A stretch of 64,000 nt of DNA, taken from Amoebophrya sp. A120. Its lineage: Eukaryota; Protista; Dinoflagellata. Both the position numbers and the translations under genes were made by a program. This document shows positions 49,687-60,671 of this stretch, piece by piece. A model generated the notes under the pieces. That model was given only the letters and a program-made list of their open reading frames with translations, searched no databases and was not told the DNA's origin. The stretch lies in NCBI GenBank assembly GCA_905178155.1, contig CAJINV010000009.1, positions 1,609,907 to 1,673,906 of the forward strand. The letters run 5' to 3'. Numbering within the stretch: position 1 is the first letter of the stretch; the number at the start of each line of letters is the position of its first letter.

Positions 49687-51153
49687 AAGACGCAAGTGAG
49701 GGAGGGAAACGGAGCACGCTCCAGAAAAGCTCAAAAAATGCTTGTGCCTCGTGTATTTATGGATAAGAAAATCATCAGGAATAAAGCTAACAGAAAGACG
49801 AAGATAGAGAAGAAAACACTTGAATTAACTGGAACTCATAGACGCCAAGCGTTGGGCACAAAAATTAATGACTCTACGCTTAGAATTAGATTGAATCTGA
49901 AACATGAAGAACGCAACACAAAACAAATGAATTGCAAAAGTAGAGTTTATCGCTACTCCAATCTACTAACTTGACCTGTTGCTGTTGTACCAAGAACTCC
50001 TAAACCTAACGACGTGCTGCTCCTGGTGTTTGTCCTTGTTTGTGTGTGCTCGCTTGACCGAATATTATTCTTGACAGTACGACAAACAAATACAAATTAG
50101 AATCATGCGAACCCCCCGTGCTTATCTTTACTGTGTTTCAAATGAACCATCTTGTACCAACTTTCGAATGCGTTGAGCTACAATTCAATTGATGACTAAA
50201 CTCGCACAAAAAATGTCCCCTGTTTCAACTTTTTTCATCGGAATGAACAAGATGAAATTGCGCACTTTTCTTGAGCTTGATGAATGTTACCTAGTTCTGG
50301 CAGGCTTTTAATGGCCACTAGTACTAGCTTACCTTGCAAATCCAAATTTTGAATGTATTGTTTCGGTTTCTAGCGTGAAAAGAAAACACCACTGATGAAT
50401 TCCGAGAATTATTTGTAGAAGACCAATGTGGTACAAAATATTGCAATAGGCCGACAGCCAACAAGCGGCATCCGCTACTTTTCTGTCATCGTCGCGTTCG
50501 GAAGAAGAATTTTGTTTTGGAGCCAAAGTGCTGCCGGATTAGCAGTTCGGTGTCGATATTGGGATTACATACCTTTTCTTTGGCGCCTTTTGGCTTTGTG
50601 CAACCGCAGGAGTTCTGGGGCCTGGGTCAAAAATAAACTAACGCGTCGTCGTGACATTATCGCTTTTCCTATAGATACGTAGATTCGCAGGCACACTTGT
50701 GCTCCGCACAGGATTCTTCATCCCTGTAGCAGATCGAGGTTTGCACAACAAGCAATCTTTTTCGTCGAACGTTGCTAGAGGGAGAGATAGAGTTCGAGAG
50801 ACTCGCTACCCTACATTGCTATGAATGCGACGAGAAGTGCAGGCCCAGCTTCGTAGTAATGTGGTCGCCGCTCGTAGGAGGAATGGTGGATGGAGGCTGT
50901 TCATGGAAGCTGAGCACGAAAAATCGCCGCGTGATGATCCGTCATCTACTTTATTCTGCATCACATGCATTACCATTAGCTCGAGATACTACTAGCAAAG
51001 CGTGTTAGCCAAGTAGTCAAAGCAAACGAAAAACTCAGAAAAAAAAGCCCCGACGTCTACTTTCAGAGCTCAAAAGAACGCAACCGACGAACGTAAATTC
51101 GGTCCGGTGTGCAAGCCCGTGATTTCTACTTTTCGTTTTCTCAAGAGTACAAA

Positions 51154-52253
51154 ATGTTCTGCATTCAGAAGGTCGTCCTCGTTGCGCTCTGTGCTGCCTG
51201 CGGCCAATGCGTCTCGCAGAATTCGAGATCCGCCGCAGCTTCCTCAACGAAACTGCACGTGGAGGCATCGGTGGCGGCTAAACCTGACGCAGTGGCAGTG
51301 GAGTCGATATCGGCAGCCAAGGTAAAAAAGGTGCGGTTTGGATATAGTATGATGCAATGCGACACCGGACACGACGGGTGACTGAGTGTAGACGCAAGCT
51401 TGCTCTGCATGAGCAATAGCCGTCTGGGATCAGATCAAGATAAAGGTTGCCATGTATGTTATCTTATTTGCGAGGCATCACATTCAAAGAGTAGCAATGA
51501 ATCGCACACCCACGACACGTCGACAACATGAGCAGCAAAAAAATCCAGGTCGGCTCCCAGCAACAAGAACCGCGAGCGGAGGCCCCAAAGCCGAAACGGC
51601 GTATGATGCGGTCAGAGAAAAACCCGGCCGGTTCTTCATTCGTCGAGGAGAAAGCGCAGCCGGGCGCGGTTCCGCCGGTCGCCGCACCAGCGGGAGTCGC
51701 TACCCAGCCACAAATGGCACAGCAGCCCATGGCAGGCGGTCCTGCTCCGGCGGGGATGCAGCCACCGGCTGCCGGTAGTGTCCCAGGCGCGAACCCGGCT
51801 GCCCCAGTCGACGGCAACGCGGCATTGCAACCGCCAGCGGCCGACGCGAACGCCGCGAACCCGGGGGACGCAGGTACGCACTTGAATTTATGTGTTTCCT
51901 TCGGGATGATCTGGTACCGCTACCGCTACTGGTGCATAACTGAGACCGATGTACGTTCTTCACCGCCGTCGAGTCAGAACAAACTGTATTTTGTGCTGTT
52001 TAGCGTATATCTGAATGCTGGCCTCCACGATGCATGGTTATGGTTTTTATTTAGCTGGTAGACCAGATCGATGAAATCGCACCAAATCACAGCACCGGCA
52101 GATGGTGCGGCTGCTGCCCCAAAGGAAGTCCCGATGGTGTACCTGGCGGCCGGTGCTTCGGCGCTGATTTTGCTGTGCCTGGGAGCGATGTGCATGATGT
52201 CGGGCACGCCATCGGAAACTGTCCATGCAACACCGTCGCCGCCCGGACCGTGA
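51154..52253 (+). CDS. Small type I membrane or surface Pro/Ala-rich protein, 3 exons, ~217 aa
   Basis: Exons 51154-51321, 51549-51873, 52093-52253 with GT-AG introns. Signal peptide MFCIQKVVLVALCAACGQC and C-terminal TM VYLAAGASALILLCLGAMCMM. Confidence 0.8.
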
Positions 52254-53712
52254 GCAGGCTTTGGTGCGTTTTGGGAAGCGATTTCATATCGATGAAAATT
52301 TTGAACCTTCTTTCTGATTGTAGCTGTAGCTGTACCTTCACCTGATGTATATCCCCATTAAGTGTACCTTCCGATGATTTAAACTACCAAGTAATTCCAT
52401 TTGTAATTCGTGAGTGTCACTCTCACTGGACGCACATGTATAAAATCAAAATGAATATGAAGATGGAGAACGGTGTCGTGCAACTAAAATTGATGAGTTA
52501 TTTTTTCGCGCGCCTTCTGCCTCTTTCTCCCTAAAGCAGGCTGCATGCTCTGCTAGAGCAAGAGCCTGTGAAGCGAATATGTATGTAATTGTATGATTCT
52601 ATACGGCGTTAGCGTTTAGAAGACATTCGTAGAAGGAAGAAACTATCAGAAAGTGAGCCAGTTTGGTGAAGAAAAATAGAATTGAGGACTAGTGCAACCG
52701 AGCAGAAAATTACCTAGCAGGAGTGAAACGCGGATAACCTTTGTCGCGCCCATCCTCTTGCGACTCCCTATTTGTATCTATCGGACACCCCCGCAGCAGA
52801 AGAATGAAACGAAAAACCTGCCCTCCCTCTCTGTTGGAAGCAAGCGATAAATTGAAATTGCAACTGCATTTTTGCACACTGGAGGAATGGGATACAGAGA
52901 TCACAAATCAGACTATGCTGTAGTCGTCGAACTGCAGAAGCAATAATTGAACGCTATTGCAGATGCCGCCAGGCGTGAATATCTACTGCGCTCTGTCTAT
53001 GAGTGCAGCAGCGCATTCAGGTAGTTGCAGGAGAATCGCAAACCGGTTGCGAAGCCCGTCGACATCGAAGCGTCCAAGAAGAACTAAGATCGTTCATCGA
53101 GGTAGTTGGGGATAATATTCGTGGAACGAGGACATAGACAAAAAGGATTCCTGTCGCTTTGATGATCATGATCGCTTCTTTCGTTGCTGTAATCGCCCAC
53201 CCATGTGAATGCAGCTCGTCGTCGGCAATACGCGTGAAGGCGCCAGCATGTATCGATCTAGAAGAAGAACTCTGCGTCTTCAGCTTCGCTGTTTAAGCAA
53301 TGGAAAATCGTTTGTCGTGTACCTCGTCTTGGACTTCTGCGGTGAGACTGTACTATTTAACGAATATAAGCAGCAGTTCCCGAACGGAGTCTAAACAGCC
53401 ACAGCTGCTTGTCATAGGTAAACACGAAAAATGATCTGGTGTGGTAAAAGAATCGAAATCCGAGTCGAGGACTGTCTCAGGATCGGCCCCAGGGGCTGCT
53501 ATGTATTCGCTTCGCAGCTATGTATAGATATGAGATACACGACATTCAAATGCAAAGAGTGGTGAGATCCACTTTGGGCATGGCACCAGCTGAACGGCGG
53601 TTATTGTGAATCCAGAAGATCCCCGGCAAGTAGAAGTACTACCTCGTGAAGAGCAGAGTAGTTGGCCTATCCGTCACACGACACGCTATTGTCGCTGATC
53701 TCCCGAGCGCGG

Positions 53713-56700
53713 ATGCGATTTTTCTGGAGATGGCTGAGCGCTTCTTTCTGCGGCACGACAGCCATAGCTGGCACTCCGGCAAACCTAGACGCTCCAGGGT
53801 ACGTTCCTGCTGCAGCGCCGGTAGGGAGCGGCCAGCTGCTCAAGAACATGGAAACGCCGGGGATCGGAGGAGCATCATCGAGCATTGCGAGGAGATCAGA
53901 TGAGGCGCAAACGCTCGCGGACAAGGTCGAGCGCCACTCCGCGGCATGGGCGGACCGAGAAGGGGCTGTATCCGCTGAAGGTCGTGGAGGTGCATCAAAA
54001 GGAAAAGTAGAGGATGTCAGAGTGCTTGCTGTACATCAGGATTACAACACAGTGGTAGGCGAACATGTTGCAGGAACTTTTGGAGGTCGAAGAGGAGGAC
54101 AAAAAGCTCGTACCTCGACGTCGCGCGCACTTGTGGAACCGCAACCGACGGCACACCTGTACGGTGTCGTGACGGCACTTGCGGGGGGAGGTCGTGAGCA
54201 TGATGAGAAAAAACATGGCAGTGCGCGACGAGCAGCCGTCCACGGTGGCTATGGTTCTAAAGCTACGGGGAACGATTTCATTCTCCGCAGGGAGGAACCC
54301 CTACGTCGTTCCGGGAATAGCGAGCGCGAAGCAACAGCGACCTGGTACGGAGGCGTACTATCACACCACGCTGTATCATTACGGCCAGAAGCGGTGGAGT
54401 TGGAAATCGTGAAGGCGGACCAGGGTTCCGAAGGCGGCCAAGAAATTAGCAGGCAAACTGCAATTCCTGTTGCAGAAGCAGGTGCGGAGGTGGTTGCAGA
54501 CGATGACTTTCCTGCTCGATCCCTCGAACAAGAATATGATTGGACGAAAGGGAAACGCCAGGTGTCCAATTACGAATCCCGTGTTAAGTCAAAGTCTGGC
54601 GAATCAGATTCAAATGCTAGCAGGACAAGGAGAATTTTATCTCCGATAAAGACGGCAACGTACGGAAAGCAGAGAACGAGAAGCAGCACTGCTACCTTCC
54701 TCAAGCCGGCCGACGGCGACTTGTCTTTTTTGAGTACTGTTTCAAAATTCGATGAATTTCGGCCGCAATTCGGAATGAGTCAGACGAACGCGGCGCTAAT
54801 TGGTGTTGCTTTCTTCCTGTTGATCACTGCGATTTTTAACACGGGCGCTTGTTTGCTAGCACACGCGTCTCTCTCCGGACGTGATGCCATCAGCCGTGAG
54901 GAAGTTATGCGGGACCATTTGCAGATCAAGGTTACTGATGAACGTAGACAAGTCCACGACGAGGATGGATTTGCAGATGAAGAGAGCGATAGCGGAGGCT
55001 CTGGGCTAGAGCACGGTGACGCTTGGGCAGGGGAGAGTCAGCACTCACTCGACCTTCAGAAAGGGAGCGGGCGAGCTTTATCGCGAGAAGCAGAGCCAGT
55101 TCTGCTATCGAATACCGCTTGCTTTGGCTTGAGTGCAGCAGCGAACGACGCTCATGCGGATAGCCGTGGTAGCCATGTTAGGGCGCTACCAGCAAGCGAC
55201 TCTGTGGCGCAAAGAAGAAACAAACTCGATGACATCCCGGACGAGGAAAAGCAGGGTCGTCGCAGAGCTCCATCGACCACCTCTTCGTTTCTTTATTACC
55301 GTATCGGGCCGATGTTTTGGTACGATACCGCTCAAGACTTGTCATCTGCGCGAGCCGCCCCTGTGCGCAGATCCCTTGACTTGCGGATTGCTGATTTTGT
55401 GTCCACGACCTACCTACGAGGCCAGCGACTGGTGCCGGTGAAGAGCTTCCCAGATGCGTATCAGCCGGCCGGCGTTCTGGTGCAAGTTGCACAGGCTGGG
55501 TACATTGTCTGCCTTCCCGGAAGCCTGTTCGTTTTCTTCACGTTCCTGTCACTTTGGGCAAGCAACCTGCAAACAACTGATGACCGACGAACCACTCAGG
55601 GGCTCTCTTCATCACCAAGAGATGAACGTGATGGCTCTCTGAACGAAGATGCAATTGTGATGGGCGTGTTGCTCAACCTACTTCCACTGCTGCTTCTCCT
55701 GTTCGATTCGCATTTGAACGAGCAGCCGTTGAAGCTGCAACACTGGCTGTACTACTTGCTGTTTTTCATGAAGTACTTGGCGTTCGTCGTGGTCTGCTTC
55801 ATTTTCGATCTGCGCGCACCCTGCGATTGCTGCGCGGGTTCCCCGGAGATGGCAGCACAGTGTCGCGACCACCAGGTCTTTCCGCCTGGCTGCCGCGCGA
55901 TGAACGAGGAGGAGCAGGCGACGTACGGGGGACCGTGGAACTCGCAGGTAGCGAATAGAAACGACCTTGCCGCAGCTGCAAGCACGGATCCGGAAGGGGT
56001 ATCGGTAAACAGGGCTTCTGTTCCACAGGGAATGTGCAGCTACTTCTCGGGCTTCTACAATTGGTCAACGCCAGGCATGGTGCCGGTTTACGCTGGCTTT
56101 CTGCTGTTCGCGGTCGGGCCTTTGACACTGGCGGCTGGCTGGTATTTGATCAGCCGTCGGCATGTAACGGAATGGGAGAAATACGGGTTGCCGTGGGAGT
56201 CGCGATTGCCGTTCTTCTCCGAGAGGGTGAATTTGACACTGAATCCTGCCCCTTCAAGCAGTATTGTGGAACCGGAAGACGCGGTGGCGGTTCGCGAGGA
56301 AGACGGTGACGAGATGCACGCAGTGCCAGCCTCGTCTGTGCGTTCTCTTGGCGACGAGGAGCGGGGCGTTCCACATGCACCTGCGGAACAAGACAGAAAT
56401 ATCAAGTATGCCTTTGTCGTGAACACTTTCTGGCTTGCGCGATTGCGAGCCGGACGCTGTGAAAAAGCGACGCAGTTCGTAAGTAGCGGTGAAAAAGAGC
56501 ACGATCACCAGAGCAGTACAACAAAGCTTTCTGCGGTTGCAGCCAAGAACGAGGCATCATCTTCCGACACGACGTTCGATCCTGATCACGGTGGAGAACT
56601 AAATCCAGAACTTACAGAGCCTAGCCGCAGCGGGCGAAGAACGCAGAGCAGAAATTCTCCATTACTTTCAGCGATCGGTCGTGGGCCCGACGAGCACCCG

Positions 56701-57081
56701 CACGGTGGGAGTTCTAGAATGCGACCGCTCTTGGGAGAGCCGCCGCTCGTACCGGGTCAGGCAAATGCTTCTGCACGTGATGGAACGTCAGCGCAACACA
56801 GAACCGGTCGCGTTCCACTTCGAGGGGAAGATGCTGCAAGCGCTCCGGATCCCGGCCACGCGATTCCCGCCAACGAGGTACAGAGCTACGCGCGTCCGAC
56901 TCCCGCCAACGAAGATGTAGCGAAGATTCAACGGCTTGGGTATTTGCGAGCAGGACTTAGCAGCCTGACGTGCAGCTTTCGCGTTGGAATCACAAACAAG
57001 GAAGCTCTGGATTTCTACGCAAACAGTCGATACTTCACGAATGATACGAATTTCCTTCTGCTATGCAATGTGGTTGGTTAG
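53713..57081 (+). CDS. Multi-pass membrane protein, rolling-stone/FAR-17a-AIG1-like core, ~1122 aa (may extend to 57680)
   Basis: Uninterrupted 1139-codon ORF with first ATG at 53713 giving a signal-like N-terminus. TM block LNLLPLLLLLFDSHLNEQPLKLQHWLYYLLFFMKYLAF...FYNWSTP. The family resemblance is from memory only. Confidence 0.7.
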   Translation: MRFFWRWLSASFCGTTAIAGTPANLDAPGYVPAAAPVGSGQLLKNMETPGIGGASSSIARRSDEAQTLADKVERHSAAWADREGAVSAEGRGGASKGKVEDVRVLAVHQDYNTVVGEHVAGTFGGRRGGQKARTSTSRALVEPQPTAHLYGVVTALAGGGREHDEKKHGSARRAAVHGGYGSKATGNDFILRREEPLRRSGNSEREATATWYGGVLSHHAVSLRPEAVELEIVKADQGSEGGQEISRQTAIPVAEAGAEVVADDDFPARSLEQEYDWTKGKRQVSNYESRVKSKSGESDSNASRTRRILSPIKTATYGKQRTRSSTATFLKPADGDLSFLSTVSKFDEFRPQFGMSQTNAALIGVAFFLLITAIFNTGACLLAHASLSGRDAISREEVMRDHLQIKVTDERRQVHDEDGFADEESDSGGSGLEHGDAWAGESQHSLDLQKGSGRALSREAEPVLLSNTACFGLSAAANDAHADSRGSHVRALPASDSVAQRRNKLDDIPDEEKQGRRRAPSTTSSFLYYRIGPMFWYDTAQDLSSARAAPVRRSLDLRIADFVSTTYLRGQRLVPVKSFPDAYQPAGVLVQVAQAGYIVCLPGSLFVFFTFLSLWASNLQTTDDRRTTQGLSSSPRDERDGSLNEDAIVMGVLLNLLPLLLLLFDSHLNEQPLKLQHWLYYLLFFMKYLAFVVVCFIFDLRAPCDCCAGSPEMAAQCRDHQVFPPGCRAMNEEEQATYGGPWNSQVANRNDLAAAASTDPEGVSVNRASVPQGMCSYFSGFYNWSTPGMVPVYAGFLLFAVGPLTLAAGWYLISRRHVTEWEKYGLPWESRLPFFSERVNLTLNPAPSSSIVEPEDAVAVREEDGDEMHAVPASSVRSLGDEERGVPHAPAEQDRNIKYAFVVNTFWLARLRAGRCEKATQFVSSGEKEHDHQSSTTKLSAVAAKNEASSSDTTFDPDHGGELNPELTEPSRSGRRTQSRNSPLLSAIGRGPDEHPHGGSSRMRPLLGEPPLVPGQANASARDGTSAQHRTGRVPLRGEDAASAPDPGHAIPANEVQSYARPTPANEDVAKIQRLGYLRAGLSSLTCSFRVGITNKEALDFYANSRYFTNDTNFLLLCNVVG

Positions 57082-58304
57082 CGAGTGCCGGCTCTGAAGT
57101 CCAATGTTTCTGGATGGCTTGTGGTGCATGCAATATTTTTCTAAAGACAGTTGCACGCCATGCACTTAGATGGGGCCCTGCTCCACATGTCGGATATCAG
57201 TCACCGAATCCACATCTGCGGAGTGCTCCACCTAAGAGTAAGAAGAGAAGCAGCCAGCAGTATTTTCAAATGATAATAATTTCGGTTTGGGCTATGTCAT
57301 TTGCATTTTCTTCTGCGCCTCGCCCGGCAATTGAGCTTTCTCATCGCATAATCCATCCGTTTAGCAATTTTCGGGGTGTATAACGTGGTGATTCTGTACT
57401 CCCTCGCGTTCGACCTGATTCAAGACGAGTCCCATGATCACGGGTGGTTTACGTATCTGAAGCACTGGGTATTCCTGTTGACCAGCTTCTACTTGATGCT
57501 GGCGTGCTACGTGACGTACACATCGCAAAGCACGTTGAGAAAAGTGGCAGGATAGAAGACGCCGGAAGTGAAGCGTCTAAGTACACCAACAGCGTTAGGA
57601 GAGCCGCCATGTTTGCACGATACAGTGATAGCGATGTTTTGAGATTAGAGCTGCAGATGGTTTTAAACGATAGCGAATAAGTTGACCTCTCGTAATCACA
57701 TCGTTTGGTGGCAGGGGAAGCGTGAGCATTACGATACAATGAATTAGCCGCGCCAACATCCGACGAAGTACGGTTCTTGTGAGATAGCACCAGAGACTAG
57801 CTTGTTGCTCTCTTGCGCCGTGTCATCTAGATGGATCGACGTGTGGTGCATAGAGTGGAGTGCGCAGCGGAGATGAAGTGTGTTCTCAGGTCCGTCAATC
57901 CGCACGTCGCGCAAACTTTTCTGAAAGAACAGAAGCGGATCGAGAATCTTAATCTTACTACATGATGGACTTTTTTCCGAAAATTACAGTCTGCGCTTGA
58001 TTTAAGTATATCTTCTCTCACTTTGTTCTGCGAATACCTGGCTTGCTTGAGACGAAAACGAAAGCTTTCAGCGTGGTTTTTTCAAGATCGAGCCGAACGG
58101 TCAAGAGAACCTGAGAGTAAGTAAGCAGCAAACCTATCTGACCGCATCAGCGTGTTGAAGCAATCAAATAGTTGTCATCAAAATCAACTCTGTATTCCAT
58201 ACCCCGCAAAAAAACGCACACTCACATCTATCTTCGCAAATCAATCAAAACTCGTAGGGAAATATTGTTTTTTCGTTCATTCGAACACAAAACCACCACA
58301 CAAG

Positions 58305-58799
58305 ATGGCCAAGATGATGAAGATGATGTCCATGAAGATGTCCATGAAGGTATGTCGTCGATCTGTTTTCATTTTGAGAAACTGAATCGGCATTCGCCAT
58401 TGCATTTGATATGAAAGTTTACATTGGTTTCATGAAATGTCAATGCGTCATCACCAAAAAAAAAATCAACAGATGGGCATGAAGAAGATGGCCATGAAGA
58501 AGTCCACCATCGCCAAGGGCAAGCGCGCCAAGGTCTCCGTCTTCAAGGGCACCAAGGCCAAGACCTCCGGTGGCCTGAAGAAGTCCGACTTGAAGAAGAG
58601 CAAGTCCGGAAAGATCGTGTCCGCCAAGAAGTCCGCTGCCAGCAAGAAGTCCGCCGCCGGCAAGAAGATCGCCGCCTGGGGTGTCGCCACCGCCAAGGCC
58701 CGCAAGGCTTTGGGCATCAAGGGATTCTGCCCGGTCGGTGGCAAGACCGCCAAGGGCAAGGCTCTGTACACCAAGGTCAAGTCCTTCTACAAGGCCTAA
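58305..58799 (+). CDS. DVNP: Dinoflagellate/viral nucleoprotein, 2 exons, 123 aa
   Basis: Exons 58305-58349 and 58473-58799 (GT-AG intron 58350-58472). MK-rich N-tail and the hallmark IAKGKRAKVSVFKGTKAKTSGGLKKSDLKKSKSGKIVS...W..A..KARKALGIKGFCPVGGKT..GKALY. Extreme codon bias suggests high expression. Confidence 0.97.
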
Positions 58800-60671
58800 G
58801 TCGTCTTCAAGACCGCTGTGAGGTGAACGAAAAAACATATTTCCGCGTGCAGCACCATCGATGCCTCTTGTTCTAAGAGGCTTGATTGACTGTATGTTAT
58901 GGCAACGTATGTTGATCATGTAAGCGATCACTTCGTTTGTGACGCCGTGCACACGAGTGAGCTACCTTGCTTGTCAACTGTTGTACAGACTACTCGCTTG
59001 GAACAAGTGGTCGATCCACAGTTCGCGAGATGAATCTGTTGACTCTCCCGTGGTTGAAATCACTGACGAGATGTTAGCAAAATCACTGCAAAGCAATCGC
59101 TGCCGCTGGCTTATGCTAGGGCTGCGTTGACACAAGAACCATTTGTGTTCGCGAAGCCAAGTGGAGCTTCCCAGTTGTTTGCCACAACGACGATATCATA
59201 TCGCGTTGTCGTGCCGCTTCGGTTTCAGGTAAGACTCGCAGTACGTCGCTCGGCATGTGTATAGGCTCGCATTCGGTCAGCGTTCTTTAATGGCATCTGA
59301 GTCGATCAGCATTGATTGTGAAACTACAGCTCTCCGAATTTTGGAATCTGTGGTGGATCAGTACGGCGATTTGCGGAGCTCGCGCGTGCAGCGAGGTTTG
59401 TCGCATCTATCTGTGGTCGTTGTTGATAATAAATGCAGTGGATCCACACACGAAAAAATCTCGGTCAAATGCGCTTGCCACAGACGCAAGGCAATTTTTT
59501 TTACTACTAATCGTGGAAATATAAAATCGGTACATTCATGAAGTGTACAGTACAGGGATGTGGATGTCTGCTGGTTTACGTAACTTTCAAGAGATTGATA
59601 CTACCACTGTTTGATTTTTGTATGTTCATCATGTTAGCGCGCTCCAAAGCTCAGCGGAAAAAATACACCGAGCCCTTAACGGGCAAGCTGTAGTATGAGT
59701 GCAGCATGCCTTTCGGGGTCTCTGGTTTCAAAAGAGAACATCAACAGCAGCCTACGTGGTCTGCCTCGTGTACCGCGCAGATTGCTGCGCCGGACGCCGA
59801 CGCGACTGGCGCGTTCAAGAAGAATCACCGTGCGCATGGGTAGCTCCTCGGGTGGCTCGAAGCACTCTCGCGAGGAGTGGTTGTTGACTCTGGATCCCAA
59901 CCGCAGCTCTGGCAGAGTGCCGAACCTCGCTGCAATGGAAAGCGACATTGGCGCTGTCAAGGCGTGGAAAAAGCGTAGAACAAAGGCGCAGAGCAATGTT
60001 CCAGCACGTTGCGACCTCGAGTTCAAATGCGAGCTCTGTTAGCCGATGTCGTGACCCGAACTGATTCGGATATATTCGACAGATGATTCAAGGATAGAAA
60101 TTCCGAGAAAAAGGGTATGTCAGCCTCAGCGCTGCACGACCTTACTTATTGACAGGGTGTGGCTCAACGACGAGAATATTAACCTTCTGCGCAAGCGTAA
60201 ATAATGAATTCCGCTTGCAGGATTAATGATGATGATATTAACCAATTTCCAATCGATGTAAGTCTCGTTGTTGTACTTGTGGATCAACGGGAGACGAATG
60301 AGAAGAGATTGGAATCTTCGAATCACAATCAAAGGATCTTTCATTTCGGGCCTTGAACAGAAAGAAACAAAGTGGCATTCTAAATCGATACTCGTGATCA
60401 ATATTAATGTAATCATAGCGAAAGAATCTTTTCATGAGATGGGATGGAGATGGTTGGATGGATTCAGAAAAATAGGAAAAAAAAATCGTAAATTTTTTTT
60501 TTCTATCGAATGCAAATTTGTCGATAATCAGGATTCTCTAAATAGAATTCATCAAAAATGATATGTATATGTTTCTGATTTTCCAGAATTTTCAATGAAT
60601 TTGATGTTTTCTTTGGAAAAAATTGATATTTTCTTTCTTGGTCGGATATAATATCGAAAAATTATGATTCA

